Below the pieces are notes generated by a model. The model saw nothing but the letters and a program-made list of their open reading frames with translations, was not told the origin of the DNA and did no database searches. A DNA stretch of 64,000 nt, taken from contig CP158636.1 in the NCBI GenBank assembly GCA_050273025.1, positions 2,480,001 through 2,544,000 on the forward strand. The letters are read 5' to 3'. Below, piece after piece: positions 36,878 through 49,200 of the stretch. This DNA is from Cenococcum geophilum (lineage: Eukaryota). A program made the position numbers and the translations under genes. Position 1 is the stretch's first letter; each line of letters begins with the position of its first letter.

Positions 36878-37453
36878 ATGTGCGTCGCCGAGCTCAACGT
36901 TTCGCTGCTCTCCTGCCGCCACCGCTGGTATCACATGGTGCGGCCCTGCCAGCCGTCTGCGCATCTCTCCAACTGCGGCCAGAAGCTGTGCCTCTCTGGC
37001 TGGGAGATCAAATGCGACTTCTGCCCGTACTGTAGCGGCTGGAACCTGTCCGACGCCGAGTACCGACTAGTCGGCAACGACCGCACTCCCTCGATCGGCG
37101 GTCTCTCTCGCACCCCCAGCCTCTCGCTATCCAGCACGCGCAGGGAGAACCGGATTGACTCGCGGCGCGGCAGCCTGGCACGCACAGACTCCAGCACCAG
37201 CATCACGATGATGGCGCAGGAGAAGAACCGCGCGCTGAGTGCGCGCGTGGATGCGTATCTGAGCGCTCGTCCTGAGAAGATGGTACTGATGGAGCAGAAG
37301 ACCACCGAAGACGAGGCCGAGAGTATCGGCCCATCGAGCCCTAGCGACACTGGGAGTGAGGGCCAGGAAGTTGGACCCGTTGATGTGAAGAATGGAATTT
37401 GGGGAAAGAGCTGGATGAAGGGAAAAAGGTTCAGTCGAGGATTGTTCAAGTGA
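36878..37453 (+). CDS. hypothetical protein with a Cys/His-rich N-terminus
   Basis: 191-aa GC-rich ORF; N-terminal C...CRHRWYH..PC...C...CDFCPYC (putative metal binding), then a Ser/Arg-rich tail. Confidence 0.75.
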   Translation: MCVAELNVSLLSCRHRWYHMVRPCQPSAHLSNCGQKLCLSGWEIKCDFCPYCSGWNLSDAEYRLVGNDRTPSIGGLSRTPSLSLSSTRRENRIDSRRGSLARTDSSTSITMMAQEKNRALSARVDAYLSARPEKMVLMEQKTTEDEAESIGPSSPSDTGSEGQEVGPVDVKNGIWGKSWMKGKRFSRGLFK

Positions 37454-38126
37454 GCAACTAGCCCCAGCTGCTAGACTGAATGGTCTGGTCCTAGCTTTTT
37501 GCAACGGCGGGCTTGACCAGTTTGGCGAGGGGGATTACGTTGCGGGAGAATGTCTTCTTTTACTGTCTCATTGCATTTTCTTACTTTCCCTACGGATATA
37601 CCCTACTGTTTTAAAACCTCTGTTTCGGCATCGAGCGGTCTCAACAACTGGCGCATGCTCGGGGAGGTGCTACTCCTCAAAAAATCACTTGTTGGCGTTT
37701 TCAAAATAGACATTGGCAAAGGAACACACGGAGAGCTTTTCGCTCACTCACAAAACCAACGGGAGCGACCTTTTCCCGTTCATCTTTCACTAGGAAATTT
37801 CGCTCTTTCGGGGAGTTTCGGGCGTGATCTACGAGCACGCAGGTGCGACCACAGGCCCCCAAGGGCAGTTCTAGAGTCGGATGGATGGGCTGCTTTATTT
37901 ATAGACTGGCTATGGGCTGTTGCACCATGGGTGGCCTCTGTAGCTCATGCAATATATCTCTATCTCACCTCTTACGCTACTTCTCTCTACGCCTTGCGAA
38001 GATTACGTTTATTTCGATCTGGTAACGATGTTTCACGCTCCAGTTTCCACGTGTCATTTCCCACGGTTCTCTAGATCTCCAACCTTACACGTCTCTTCCT
38101 CCACCGCAGCCTTACCCCGCCACACA

Positions 38127-39474
38127 CTACACTGAAAAATCAATCCATCCTATGTTCCCCTCTTCGCCCTGCGTAAACGGGAATTGAAACACCTTTTGTG
38201 GGCTCGAGTACGGCGCATACTGCCCGTCATTCATGAGAATGGTGATGTTAGCAGCAATGCGACCCGTCAGATTAAAGCCCGGTCCGTAATCATCATATTC
38301 TGCCATGGTGGTGTTGTAATTAATGCGCGTGTCCGTAGCGCTCCACTTGATGTAGCCAGACGGCTCGATGGAGTCGTCAAGAGAGTTGTTCGCGAAGATG
38401 GAGCGGTGTTGGGCGTTCTGCTTGGTCGTCAGTCCAAGGCTCGGCAGCAACCGAATCAAATAAAGAAACGAGGGAGAGATGTCAACGCACCCACGGCCGG
38501 CCTAGCGCGCACTTCCCCGCAATCGACAGGCTCGAGTTCGCCTTCTCCACCACGCTGTCGTGGATGTACACGCCGTACTTGTTCACGAAGGTCGTGTTGG
38601 TGCCCTTCCAGGCCGTGATGCCGCCGCCGCAGCTGCGCAGCGCCAGCCGCGATGACTGGATCCATGCCGTTCCGAACCCGTAAAGGAAGTCGGTTTGGCC
38701 TGCGATCTCGCACTTCGAGAAGTACGCGTTGCCGAGTTTGCCTACATAGATCTACACAAGACGGCTTCTGGTCAGCAAAATCCCCCGCGTAACTGTTTTT
38801 GGAGGAGAGGAGAGGAGAGGCATTATACGCACGGTATCTTGGTACGAGTAGAACCCACAGTAGTAGAATCCGCCGTTCGCATAGCTCATGCTCAGCGCAA
38901 GGCTTGGACCTGCAGAATACGGCAGATAGTCATTGATGAAATTCAGATTATACGCTCTGAAATCCGAGTTACCGAAAGGCGTGTCCGCGGGTACTGTGTT
39001 CCCTGTCGGACCAGACCCGGTCAAGCTGGCATTCAGCGTCGGCGCAATCGTTAGTGTACTTGTGAACGCATTGTCTAGCGTGCCAGTGGTGGCTGTGCCG
39101 GTTGCTTGGTGCCATATCACGTTCACAGTGTTATGGGTTAGGTTGTCGGGCAGTGCGGTTTGGCCCAGCAGCGTGACGGGCCCAGCACGCGTAATGTTCA
39201 CTTGTTCAGTGTAGTTGCCGGGCTGGATCAGGATGGTGTAGGAGGAGTTGTTATGTGGGAGGGAGAGGATGGCGGATTGGATCGTCTTGAACTTGGCTGT
39301 GGGGCCTACGACGAGTGTGTTCGGTGGGCAGCCGGAGAGTGGGTTGCGCGTTGGGTATTGACAGGAGTAACGGTTTAGAGCTGTGGTTTGGGGAATTAGG
39401 AGGAATAGGAGGAAAAGAGGGATGCTCATGAAAGAGCTGAGCGCAATTGAGGGAAGCACTGGACGATTCGCCAT
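38127..39474 (-). CDS. pectin methylesterase (CAZy CE8), secreted
   Basis: Signal peptide. Exons 39474-38833, 38751-38491 and 38417-38127. Motifs FKTIQSAI, PGNYTEQV, FYSYQDT/IY, GQTDFLYGFG, LGRPW/N, AEYDDYGPG. Confidence 0.93.
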
Positions 39475-40407
39475 CCTGAACCTCTGCTTTGCGGAAGAGA
39501 GCCCTCGAACGGCATGAAAGTTTAGTCAATTGCATGATATATTATGCGTAATATATTATAATCCCCGGAAAATCTCAACCCAAAACGCTCAGGAACCGTG
39601 CACAAACACGCAACATGGATGAAAAAATTAATAGGGAGCTTCTCCGATAATGGAATACAAACAGTACCTGAATGTGTGGCGCTGGAAGAAATGCGGGGAA
39701 ACATTGTGGTTCCTGGGCGATGAAAAGATCCACCAATCGCAGAGACGTTTGGCAAAAACCCAGCATGTTTAAAGATAATTTCCTCATGACTTTCTGCAGT
39801 GGCTTGTTTTGCAGCGTTTACCTGATCCACGGAAATGAGGTTGGATCGCCGGGACGTCGGATCGCCGGGACGTCGCTTCGATGGGTTCGATGTATTACTT
39901 ATCCAAGTTATCACTTCCGTTGTATACCTGGGCAATTTTAAGCTAGCATTGCATGCCTTAAGTTTAAAAGCCCTGGGATGGGTTCGGGGGTTCGAAGAAA
40001 GCTTAGACGTGTAAAAGTAATTAAGAATACAAGTAGCCGAAAGCAATATTCACAAGCACGGGGAAATAACTCAATAAAACATCCACGCTTGAAGATTTCC
40101 AAGACGGACTATTTCCAATGAAAAACTCCAGTGGCCGTTCCTAGTTGAAAATAGATTTTGGTCCGCAAATTTTTATATCCTACTTAAAGCAGTACACTCT
40201 CTCCGCGGTATCAGTTGTTCAAGTATTGCCAGCGCTGCTTTGTCGTATAAGCTCATATTTTCCTGCTGGATCTTTCCAAAAACACTAATTGAAGATAAAC
40301 ATATTCCTATATATATCTGGGAACGCCTGCTCAAATATGTCGCGTGGATTGTAGATTCTAAATCTATACTATTCTACTAGCGTGAATTTATTTGTAGATC
40401 GAGTAAG

Positions 40408-40525
40408 TATCCCTTCTGCTGGTGATGTCCTACGAGAGGCGAACACTAGAATCAAAAGTACGCATATGGCCACGGAGCCTTGATCCTATTGATTCTATTG
40501 GCCAGCTCTTATCGATAACAGTTAG
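40408..40525 (+). mobile_element. degenerate copy of MITE family A
   Basis: Begins tatccctt and shares ttgatcctattgattctattggccagctcttatcgataac with the adjacent intact copy; the right TIR is missing. Confidence 0.7.
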
Positions 40526-40536
40526 CTTAGTAGTTA

Positions 40537-40687
40537 TCCCTTGCAACGATGAAGTCCTACAAGAGTTGGACCGTGCGCGAACACCAGAATCGAAAGTAAC
40601 GCGTATGGTCACGGTGCCTTGATTCTATTAATTCTATTGGCTAGCTCTTATCGATAACCGTAGGACGAATTCCACCGTTGCAAGGGA
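40537..40687 (+). mobile_element. MITE family A (Tc1/mariner-type, TA TSD)
   Basis: TIR tcccttgcaacg...cgttgcaaggga flanked by TA on both sides; a second copy lies at 52727-52868 in the opposite orientation. Confidence 0.88.
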
Positions 40688-40713
40688 TAATACTGCCGAT
40701 ACTTTGCCAACTA

Positions 40714-40858
40714 CAAGGGGGTAACACGAACGGGTCAGACGGCCCACCCTGCTAGCATGCTAGCAAAATAATACAGCCCAACCATTTTGCAGGGGTTCGC
40801 TTATTTTGCTAGCATATTAGCAGGGTGGGCCGTCTGACCCGTTCATGTTACCCCCTTG
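40714..40858. mobile_element. MITE family B (fold-back, ~58-bp TIRs, TA TSD)
   Basis: caagggggtaacacgaacgggtcagacggcccaccctgctag... and its reverse complement, with TA at both ends. Confidence 0.88.
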
Positions 40859-41252
40859 TATAGTGAAATGACAACGGAATTTTAGCGAGTGATTTGAGTA
40901 TATATGAATCTTAACTAATCAAGGATAGAGCTAGACTCAAGTCAAGGCTGTGTCTGAAGTTGAGTGAAGGGTGTTGTACAGGGTGTACGACATTCGGTGC
41001 CCCCTGTGCCGGCGGGCATCTAATTTCGCTACGACGGCACCTAAATTAGTATGTAGAGCTAGCAGGAAGGAGCATAGCGGCAGCAGGGGCCAGATGGATC
41101 TTGCCTGAATCTAAAGCTATTCGCCTTCTCATCAAATTGTGATATTACCTCTAAATCTTTGGTGTTGTTACCCCCCCTCCCCCTTTAATATGACTCTACA
41201 TATAGGCGATTAATTGTATGTCTTTTACTGGAATTTTTTTTACATAAATATA

Positions 41253-41776
41253 GGACAGCGGTAAGTGGGCACCCCCTAATTGATACACGGACACCCCACT
41301 AATTAAGTTTAGATCCTTCCTGATTAAGTTAGAATATCACATGAATTTGAGTTGTTTACATCTGCATCTGTGCGCGACCGTCGCACCGAAAACATTACAT
41401 CGCATTTGCCCCACCCCAGCCTCTAACTATTGACAGCCGCCGCGGCCACCCACCTGGCTCTATTCGCGTTAATACATCGACTTGTTGCGAGCCATCAGCA
41501 TTTGGACAGAATATCGAGTATACTGCGCGTGGGTGTGGGCGCGGAGGCAGTTTATAGACAGGCAGTTCGTGGACATCAAGCAGAGGTAGTAGCACCTAGA
41601 TAAGTCCACACGGCGCCTTACAGAGTACTGCGCAATCGACACAGATGCAAACAACTCAAATTCACGTGATATTCTAACTTAATCAGGAAGGATCTAAACT
41701 TAATTAGTAGGAGGTGTTTATGTATTAATTGGGGGTGTCCATGTATCAATTAGGGGGTGTTCACCTACCGTTGTCC
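41253..41776. mobile_element. non-autonomous TIR element family C (TIRs over 100 bp, TA TSD)
   Basis: ggacagcggtaagtgggcacccc...gatccttcctgattaagttagaatatcac... mirrored at 41640-41776; TA at 41251-2 and 41777-8. Confidence 0.85.
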
Positions 41777-41846
41777 TAAATATATACGCGCCTGTTAAGC
41801 TAATTACTCTTTTAACGCAATTCAATATATTTAGAAGATAAAGCTC

Positions 41847-41980
41847 TATCCCTCAAACCGCCAATTATTGTCCTACGTTATCGATAAGGATTTGGCCAAT
41901 CAGGAAGTATAGATTCTTAGTGTTGTATGCATGGACCATACCCTTATCGATAACGTAGTATCCTGACGGTTCAAAGGATA
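41847..41980. mobile_element. diverged MITE related to family A
   Basis: tatccctcaaaccg...cggttcaaaggata ends and internal ttatcgataa palindromes, as in family A. Confidence 0.6.
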
Positions 41981-42448
41981 GTTAAGGCACGAGTTGCGGA
42001 GATCAGTAAGTAAAGTTATGATAGCTTGTAATCTCCCCAGCAAATAAGCTAACGCACTATTACTTCATATTCTTTACGTTGGGCTTGTCTGTCTCACACC
42101 CCGGCCGCCGCGCTCTTGGCAGCGCCGCACTCACCTCTACAATCTCGCATACAACTTTGCCAAGATAATTCCACTCATGTGCAACGTTCGAGGCGTTGTT
42201 GTATTTTTGGGTCTCCTCTCATGCCTAGTATACCACTTGTGCATCGATCAAAGCACTCACCCAGCATCACGGCAGAGGAGAACATTTCCTCTTAGTCTTG
42301 CTCATCAGTGAGTTCTTCGCTATGGTTGTCCTGGCAGTAACGGGACACAAGTATTTTAGCTACTGCGAGCTTAACAAGCTTAAATCAAGGCTCATCACCA
42401 ACCACCTCGAACCCAACATAGACGACAACTACTGCATTTAGTAGCAGT

Positions 42449-42784
42449 ATGACTTCTCTTGAAACTTTCGTGAAGCGATCATCTGACACATTCATGGGTA
42501 CTCTCACCTACCATCTCTCCAATACAACAACATGGTCATCAACCGGGTTCATCACACCGGCGAGCCATCTTGATGACACAACCTAACACACTCATCACCT
42601 CCCCCCAGGAACGCACTGGACCCTCATTGCCTTAGGCGTTTTTTTCGTCGTCGGAATCGTCTTATTCATTTACCTTGTCCGTCGTTTCCCAGCTTGTGCG
42701 GTGGTGTCAGTCATCTGCTGCATCGCAGCTTGTTTAGAAAGCAGTACGTACAGCATCTTTATCCTTTCATTCGGATATTGTTAA
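42449..42784 (+). CDS. putative small spliced single-pass membrane protein (3' end uncertain)
   Basis: Exon 42449-42497, intron 42498-42608 (GT...ctaac...cag), then HWTLIALGVFFVVGIVLFIYLVRRFPACAVVSVICCIAACLES; a possible second donor gtacgt at 42744. Confidence 0.5.
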
Positions 42785-43755
42785 ACAGTATCTTCGTCGG
42801 CTTCTGCTCTGCTTATCTCCGCATCTCTCAACCAGATTGATTGGCATTTTGCTGATTTGGAACTACCGAAACAAATAAAACTACATACCAGTGTAAAAAT
42901 TGCGAGACGGGCTTTCCTATGGGGCAGCGGCCATCTACTTGCACATGGTGTGGTGTGAGTTTAGTACGGCAATACCTGGATATAACTGTCTCGGGCGTTT
43001 GTGGTTGAGAGCGATTTGAAAGGTCTACCGTGCGTGTCCGGCCATGGTCCAATAGGAACGATCTAATCCGAGAAAGAGAGGCATGTGTGCGTATGATTAG
43101 TGAATACTGCAGTTCTTCTCATTATGGCTTGCGAGGATGACGCGGCTTGCAGGTTTTCTAGCGCTGTGGAGGTAGATGCTTGCTCCCACAAAACACGGAA
43201 ATGGACGAAGGTTGAGCGCAGCCTCTAGGAGATGACAGTTTTCGGGCCAGTTGGATCCGCCTCTATTTAAATGGTTAAAACCCCGCAAGATTAACTATTC
43301 CATTGACTAATTCCTCCCTTCCTCTAGCTTCTGCCGTGAGAGACCATCAACACGAATATTGTACCATGGAATTAAAAAAAATAACTCTAAGGATACACTC
43401 CTACCTTCATGGCCCATCCGGTCTTTGGAAGCTTACGTATGTCATCGCGCCATGAATTTGGAGAGTGCCTTATTCCGACGCCCCTGAAACCAGGCAGCCG
43501 AATTTCCTGCTCTGCCATTGGTCGAAATAGTAACTTCAACTTTCTTGCCAAGGGGAGCAATTATGAGTGCTTCGTAATTTCGGACTTGAGAATTGAGCGA
43601 GATTGAGAGCGGAATTGGCGCGCTGTAGAATATAAGACAGGTGAAGATAGCGAGCATGCAATCGCCATCCTTAACTCTTTAACTTCACATCCATCACCCA
43701 TAGCACCTGGCATCAAGAGTTCATTCACTCCCAGCATTACAGCTGCTTCTTCACA

Positions 43756-44452
43756 ATGGCTCCTCTCAGAATTGGCGTAATGTTTGAGAACGTCCAACTG
43801 TCCGACATAACCTGCATCGACCTGATTGGCAACCTCTCCACAGACTACGTCAAAGTGCTCGCCGAAGTCGGCTATGCCGAGTACCTTTCGCAGGCCATGG
43901 ACATGGAGTTCCTGTACATTTCATCCAGCCTCGAGCCAGCCTTCATGACGCCCTCCCTGTATGCCAAGCCCACCGTGACCTACGATGACTGTCCGCGCGA
44001 CCTGGATATTCTGGTGATCGGCGGCCCGCCGCCAACGCATCGGCCAGAGGCTAGCCTTAAGTTTCTGAAAGAGGCGGCAGAGAAGACGCAGGTGGTGCTG
44101 ACGACTTGTGTTGGCTCAACCTGGTTGGCCAGTGCGGGGGTGCTGGACGGCAAGAGGGCGACGACGAATCGCGAGTTTCTACCTTTTGCGAGGCAGATGC
44201 ATCCTAATGTTGAGTGGCTTGATCAGAGGTGGGTTGTCGATGGGAAGTTCTGGACTGCTGGGGGGGCCGGGGCTGGTATGTGAACTCAGGCTTAACTTGA
44301 ACGTTCGACAGTGCTGATGTGAGTTTCATTATTTAGGCACCGATATGGTCGCGACCTATGCTTTGCAAACTTGGGATGAGAATTTCGTCAGAAAGCTATC
44401 ATTGGACTTGCTTGATACGGACCCAGTTCTCAGAGGGCAATTCTATAAGTGA
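43756..44452 (+). CDS. DJ-1/PfpI family protein (class I glutamine amidotransferase-like)
   Basis: Exon 1 43756-44275, intron 44276-44336, exon 2 to TGA 44452. DILVIGG, TTCVGS nucleophile elbow, GVLDGKRATTN, RWVVDGKFWTAGGAGAG/TD. Confidence 0.92.
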
Positions 44453-44639
44453 TCACCTAGGCCGGTAGGAGGCTAAAAGGCAAGTAATGACGGAAATCCT
44501 TTAAATATCTCGAAATTGAGTAAAATGTCAGCATTGAAGAGAAGCAGTTGCTATTAAATGATTGTTCACTGAACATTATGAAATATCATTACAAATCCCT
44601 ATATGGGATTAGGCCCTGCCGAAAAACACCTTCCGAGAT

Positions 44640-45820
44640 CATGAACCGCCACATTTGGCTAGTGAAGGTGCAACCGGATTAATACCAATCGTAGCAGCGG
44701 TGACTGAATTGTTGGTGCCGCCTAAAGCCCCTTCACCGACGATTAAGATATCGTTTTCGTTGGGCATCACCCGAAGGCTGTAGGTATAAATGTGCTTTCT
44801 GGTGTATCTACCTTTGTCCAAGCACCTGGAGTGCCTAGAACGTGATTCAGGTAAACCTAAAAACCACCACCAGAACTAACAACAAGGGTATCTAGCGGAC
44901 CACCTGCAGAGATCCATACGATATATGGTAAGCTTGTCGGTATGGTCCCGTCCGCGGCAATCAAAGGCCTTCCAACACTGGCGTTAAAGTTGGTCGGATT
45001 CGTTGAAATGCGGGAACAGACCGCAAAAGTAGTCTCTGGAGCTCTCCAAAATTTGTAGGTCATGATATATTGCCCAAAAGGCATTTCGGCAACAGTTGTC
45101 ATACCAGGCCGGAAGTCGTACGTGCTGTAAGCAACATCACCCACTGGGCCTCCCCACGTGAGAAGGTTGCTGGAGATCTGGTGAACAAGTTTTGGCCATG
45201 TGCCGGGTCACGCCGATCAGAGTAATAGACAATAATTTCGCCTTACCATCACAATGAAAGGTTCCCAAACCGATGTTTCCGCATTGTTTGGAATGGCACG
45301 GCCACCGTGAGCAATATGAGATGAACTTCCAGGTTTTTCTGAGTGGGTTCCTAGTAAGCCGACGAATGAGTAAGCATGATTATAAGCAAATTACCCTTTG
45401 TCTGGACTTGCAATTTAAGTTTGAGATAAATCTGCGGGAATAGAGTTTCTAGCCAAGAGCACAGTGCCTGGAAACTTGACAATGGCCTGAGGGAGTTCGT
45501 ATAAAAAGGCTGATATCGTAAACCCCAGTCATTGATTTGGCCGGTCATTCTGGAGAATTCTATCCCTAAATCCGTGGACCGAAAGATCGGAAAGTATGGT
45601 GGCTCTGCGAGTAATTTTCCCACGTTGCGAGAACATTGTCATGTTTGCAATTTTTGATTAAGGAGTAGTGTACAAGCGTAGAGTGTTCTCGGTATGGTGT
45701 AGTTAGAGGGTGGCATCAAAATCGTGACTTTGGAGAAGGTTCCAGGTGCGGGCCATCACAATGAATAATACTATTGACGGCGTAACGAGGGCAAGGATAG
45801 GGTAAGGATATTATGCGGGG
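44640..45820 (-). pseudogene. GH93-like (BNR-repeat exo-arabinanase) pseudogene
   Basis: Fragments in different frames: PPSNYTIPRTLYA, YFPIFRSTDLG, WGLRYQPF (frameshift) LYELPQAI...NSIPADLS, HGGRAIPNN..VWEPF, QKLVHQ, RPGMTTVA, PYIVW..AGG. Contains frameshifts and stops. Confidence 0.78.
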
Positions 45821-46200
45821 CAACCGGTCCTGGGCTGAAGGTTGCATGATTCAAACGCGCTAAGCACTAACTTATGCTGGGCGATGTTTTTAAGCGAGGC
45901 TCAATGAGATCACTGGTAGTTGCCTATCGCCCTCCAGCAACCTCTATGGATACTCTTTTCGCTCTTTTTCACCTTCAGCCTGCAACTCGACTTGAGTGCG
46001 AAATACTGGTCACTCCTTTCCTGTCATGAGTTTGTGCGAAATTCAGATGTTCCTCCCGATGCACCGTACATCTCAGTGAAGAGGGATCATTCACAGTTAA
46101 AGAGAACCCTTCACTTCAGCCTCTCCTCCGCTTCTACACTCCGTAGAATGATCCAGTATTATCATTAGAACATCCGATATCTCGCATTAAAATACTGACA

Positions 46201-49200
46201 ATGTCGGAACCTCCGCCAACGAACGCAACCCCACCGGACGCTACCCACGAGTACAACAAGCTTCACGACAGTGTTCAGGCACCGGATCACCAGGGCAAGG
46301 GCAAGGCTAAGGCGCAAGAGGAGGATAACACTATAAATGATGAGCAGGTTCTGCTAGAAGATGAAGAGCTTGACGAAGATGCGGACGAAGAAACTCGTCT
46401 TAAGTCTCTCGCCACTGCAATCAGGGATCAGGATGACCTTGAAAGAGACATTAGTCGCCAGGCCGACCAAATGATGACTGAGCAGGCTGATGAGCGGGAC
46501 AATAAGCGTTTAGAAAAAACTGAAGCTGAAAAGCAAAGGTTTACCACACAAATCAAGAAACTCGAACAGCGTCTCTTGATTCCTGCCGGATCAGCCACAA
46601 AGAACAAGATCCGCCAGGACATTGCACATGCTGAAGCTAAGATCGAAACCCTCGAGACTGAGCTTAAGCAAATCCAGAAACGGATTGACGACCGACATAA
46701 GCGTGAGGATGGCGAAGGAGTTGAGAGGGAAGCCGTAGGTAACAAGCCTCTTCCTAATGAGAGTCGACGGGATTTTCTGATAAGGACGGGCAAAATCACA
46801 CCATTTTCGAGAATGGCACAAGTTCCGAGGACTTCATCAAACCTTGCAGATGTTATGCTCGATGCAGAGGCAGAGGATGAAAATGATGAGATGAAGGAGT
46901 ATGTGCGGACTGAGTCTATCTCACAAGGCCCGGTCTCGCACCGAAATTTAATGAAACCGGGCTTCATGGACGAGGAAGAGGATGAAAATGGAGCCTCTTT
47001 AACTGCAGCGTTACCTATCAGACGTCCTGCAAAGAGGAGACGGATTGGGTCATCGCACGAAGTAGCTGCTTCTCCAAGTGGCCAGTCAAGTGTGATAGAG
47101 AGCTCGGAAGTGGAAGAATCAGACGATGACTATAATCCCGAAATGGATGATAGGCAGCTTGCTGCTGTCGGTGAATCCGAAGAAGAACTGAAGGATATAG
47201 ACGAAGATCACCTGCTCGAAACTCCAGCTTGTAAACGCAAACAGGTCGGCAAGAAATCTAAAGTTACCAAGCTCGTTGAGGAAGAGAAAATGGACCTAGC
47301 GGGCGTTGACGATGGCAACGAGAAAGTATATGAGAGCCGCATGCGTTTCTGGGCTGAGAGCCGTCATGAAGCTCGGAAGCGTGCCCAAGCAAAGAGAGCT
47401 GCGCAGGGCAACGAGTATGGGATTGATGAGGTTGATGAGGACTCTATCTTTGAACAAGAGTGCTATAAGCCACATCCAACTCGTCCCGACACTGAATTTG
47501 ACGGAGGATATCAGATCCCTGGAGACATATATCCTTCGTTATTTGACTACCAAAAGACTGGCGTGCAGTGGCTCTGGGAGCTCTACTCACAACAAGTTGG
47601 TGGCATTATTGGTGACGAAATGGGACTGGGTAAAACGATCCAAGTTATATCCTTCCTAGCCGGGCTGCATTACTCGAAGAAGCTCACGAAACCCATAATT
47701 GTGGTTACCCCAGCCACAGTGATGAAGCAGTGGGTGAATGAATTCCATAGGTGGTGGCCTCCACTTCGTGTTTCTATCCTGCATACATCCGGAAGCGGGA
47801 TGATGGATACGCGAAGGGAGAGCCAGCTGGAAAGAGAGCTAGAATCAAGAGACTGGGATGACAATCGTCCCGCGCTCACGAAATCCGGAAGAGCTGCCAA
47901 AAGAATTGTCGATAAAGTCAAGCGAGATGGACATGTGCTGGTGACCACATATTCTGGACTACAGACTTATGCGGAGTTCCTCATCTCTACAGACTGGGAA
48001 TATGCCGTTTTGGATGAAGGGCATAAGATACGCAACCCTAACGCAGCTATCACAATTTACTGTAAAGAACTTCGAACCGCTAATAGGGTCATTCTCTCTG
48101 GAACACCTATGCAGAATAATCTTACTGAGCTATGGTCGCTCTTCGACTTTGTTTTCCCAATGCGATTAGGCACGCTTGTGAACTTCCGCAATCAGTTCGA
48201 ATTTCCGATTAAGCAAGGCGGTTATGCAAATGCGTCAAATTTACAAGTCGAAACAGCCATGAAATGCGCAGAAACCTTGAAAGAGACAATAAGTGCTTAT
48301 CTTCTCCAGCGTTTCAAAGCCGATGTTGCAGCAGATCTCCCAAAGAAAAGCGAACGAGTACTGTTCTGCAAATTGACAAGGCAGCAGAGGGAGGCCTATG
48401 GACAGTTCCTTAGTTCTGGGGAAATGAGATCTATCATGAATGGTAAACGCCAAATGTTATTTGGTGTAGACATTCTTCGCAAGATTTGCAATCACCCTGA
48501 CCTTGTAGAGCATAAAACATTATCGAAGAAACTTAAATACAACTATGGCGCGGCCGCGAAATCAGGCAAGATGCAGGTTGTAAGGGCGCTATTGGAGATA
48601 TGGAAGAAGGGTGGTCACAAGGCTTTACTCTTTGCTCAACACCGGATCATGCTTGATATTCTTGAAAAATTTGTCAAGACTTTGGATGGATTCAATTATC
48701 GTCGCATGGATGGAACCACCGCGATCAAGGACCGGCAAGACATGGTTGATGAATTCAATCGAGATCCTGATTTGCACGTTTTCCTTCTTACCACCAAAGT
48801 TGGAGGCCTGGGAGTCAACCTTACTGGTGCAGATCGAGTTATCATATACGATCCAGACTGGAACCCATCAACAGATATACAAGCCCGCGAGCGTGCCTGG
48901 CGGCTTGGACAGAAGAGAGAAGTCGAGATTTACCGTCTTATGACAGCCGGTACTATTGAAGAGAAGATATACCATCGGCAAATTTTTAAGCAGTTCCTCA
49001 CAAACAAAATCTTGAAAGATCCGAAGCAACGCCAAACATTCCAGCTACGCGACCTCCAAGACCTGTTCACTTTGGGCAGCGAAAATGATGGGGCTACCGA
49101 AACAGGCAACCTTTTCAAAGGCACCGAGGTCAAATTCTCTGATAAGCAGCCTAACGTTGCAGAGCAGAACCAAGGCTTACCCACGCCCCCATCAGAAACA

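Noticed and set aside
39843..39875. 16-bp tandem duplication ggatcgccgggacgtc upstream of CE8
   Set aside because: A simple local duplication with no evidence of function.
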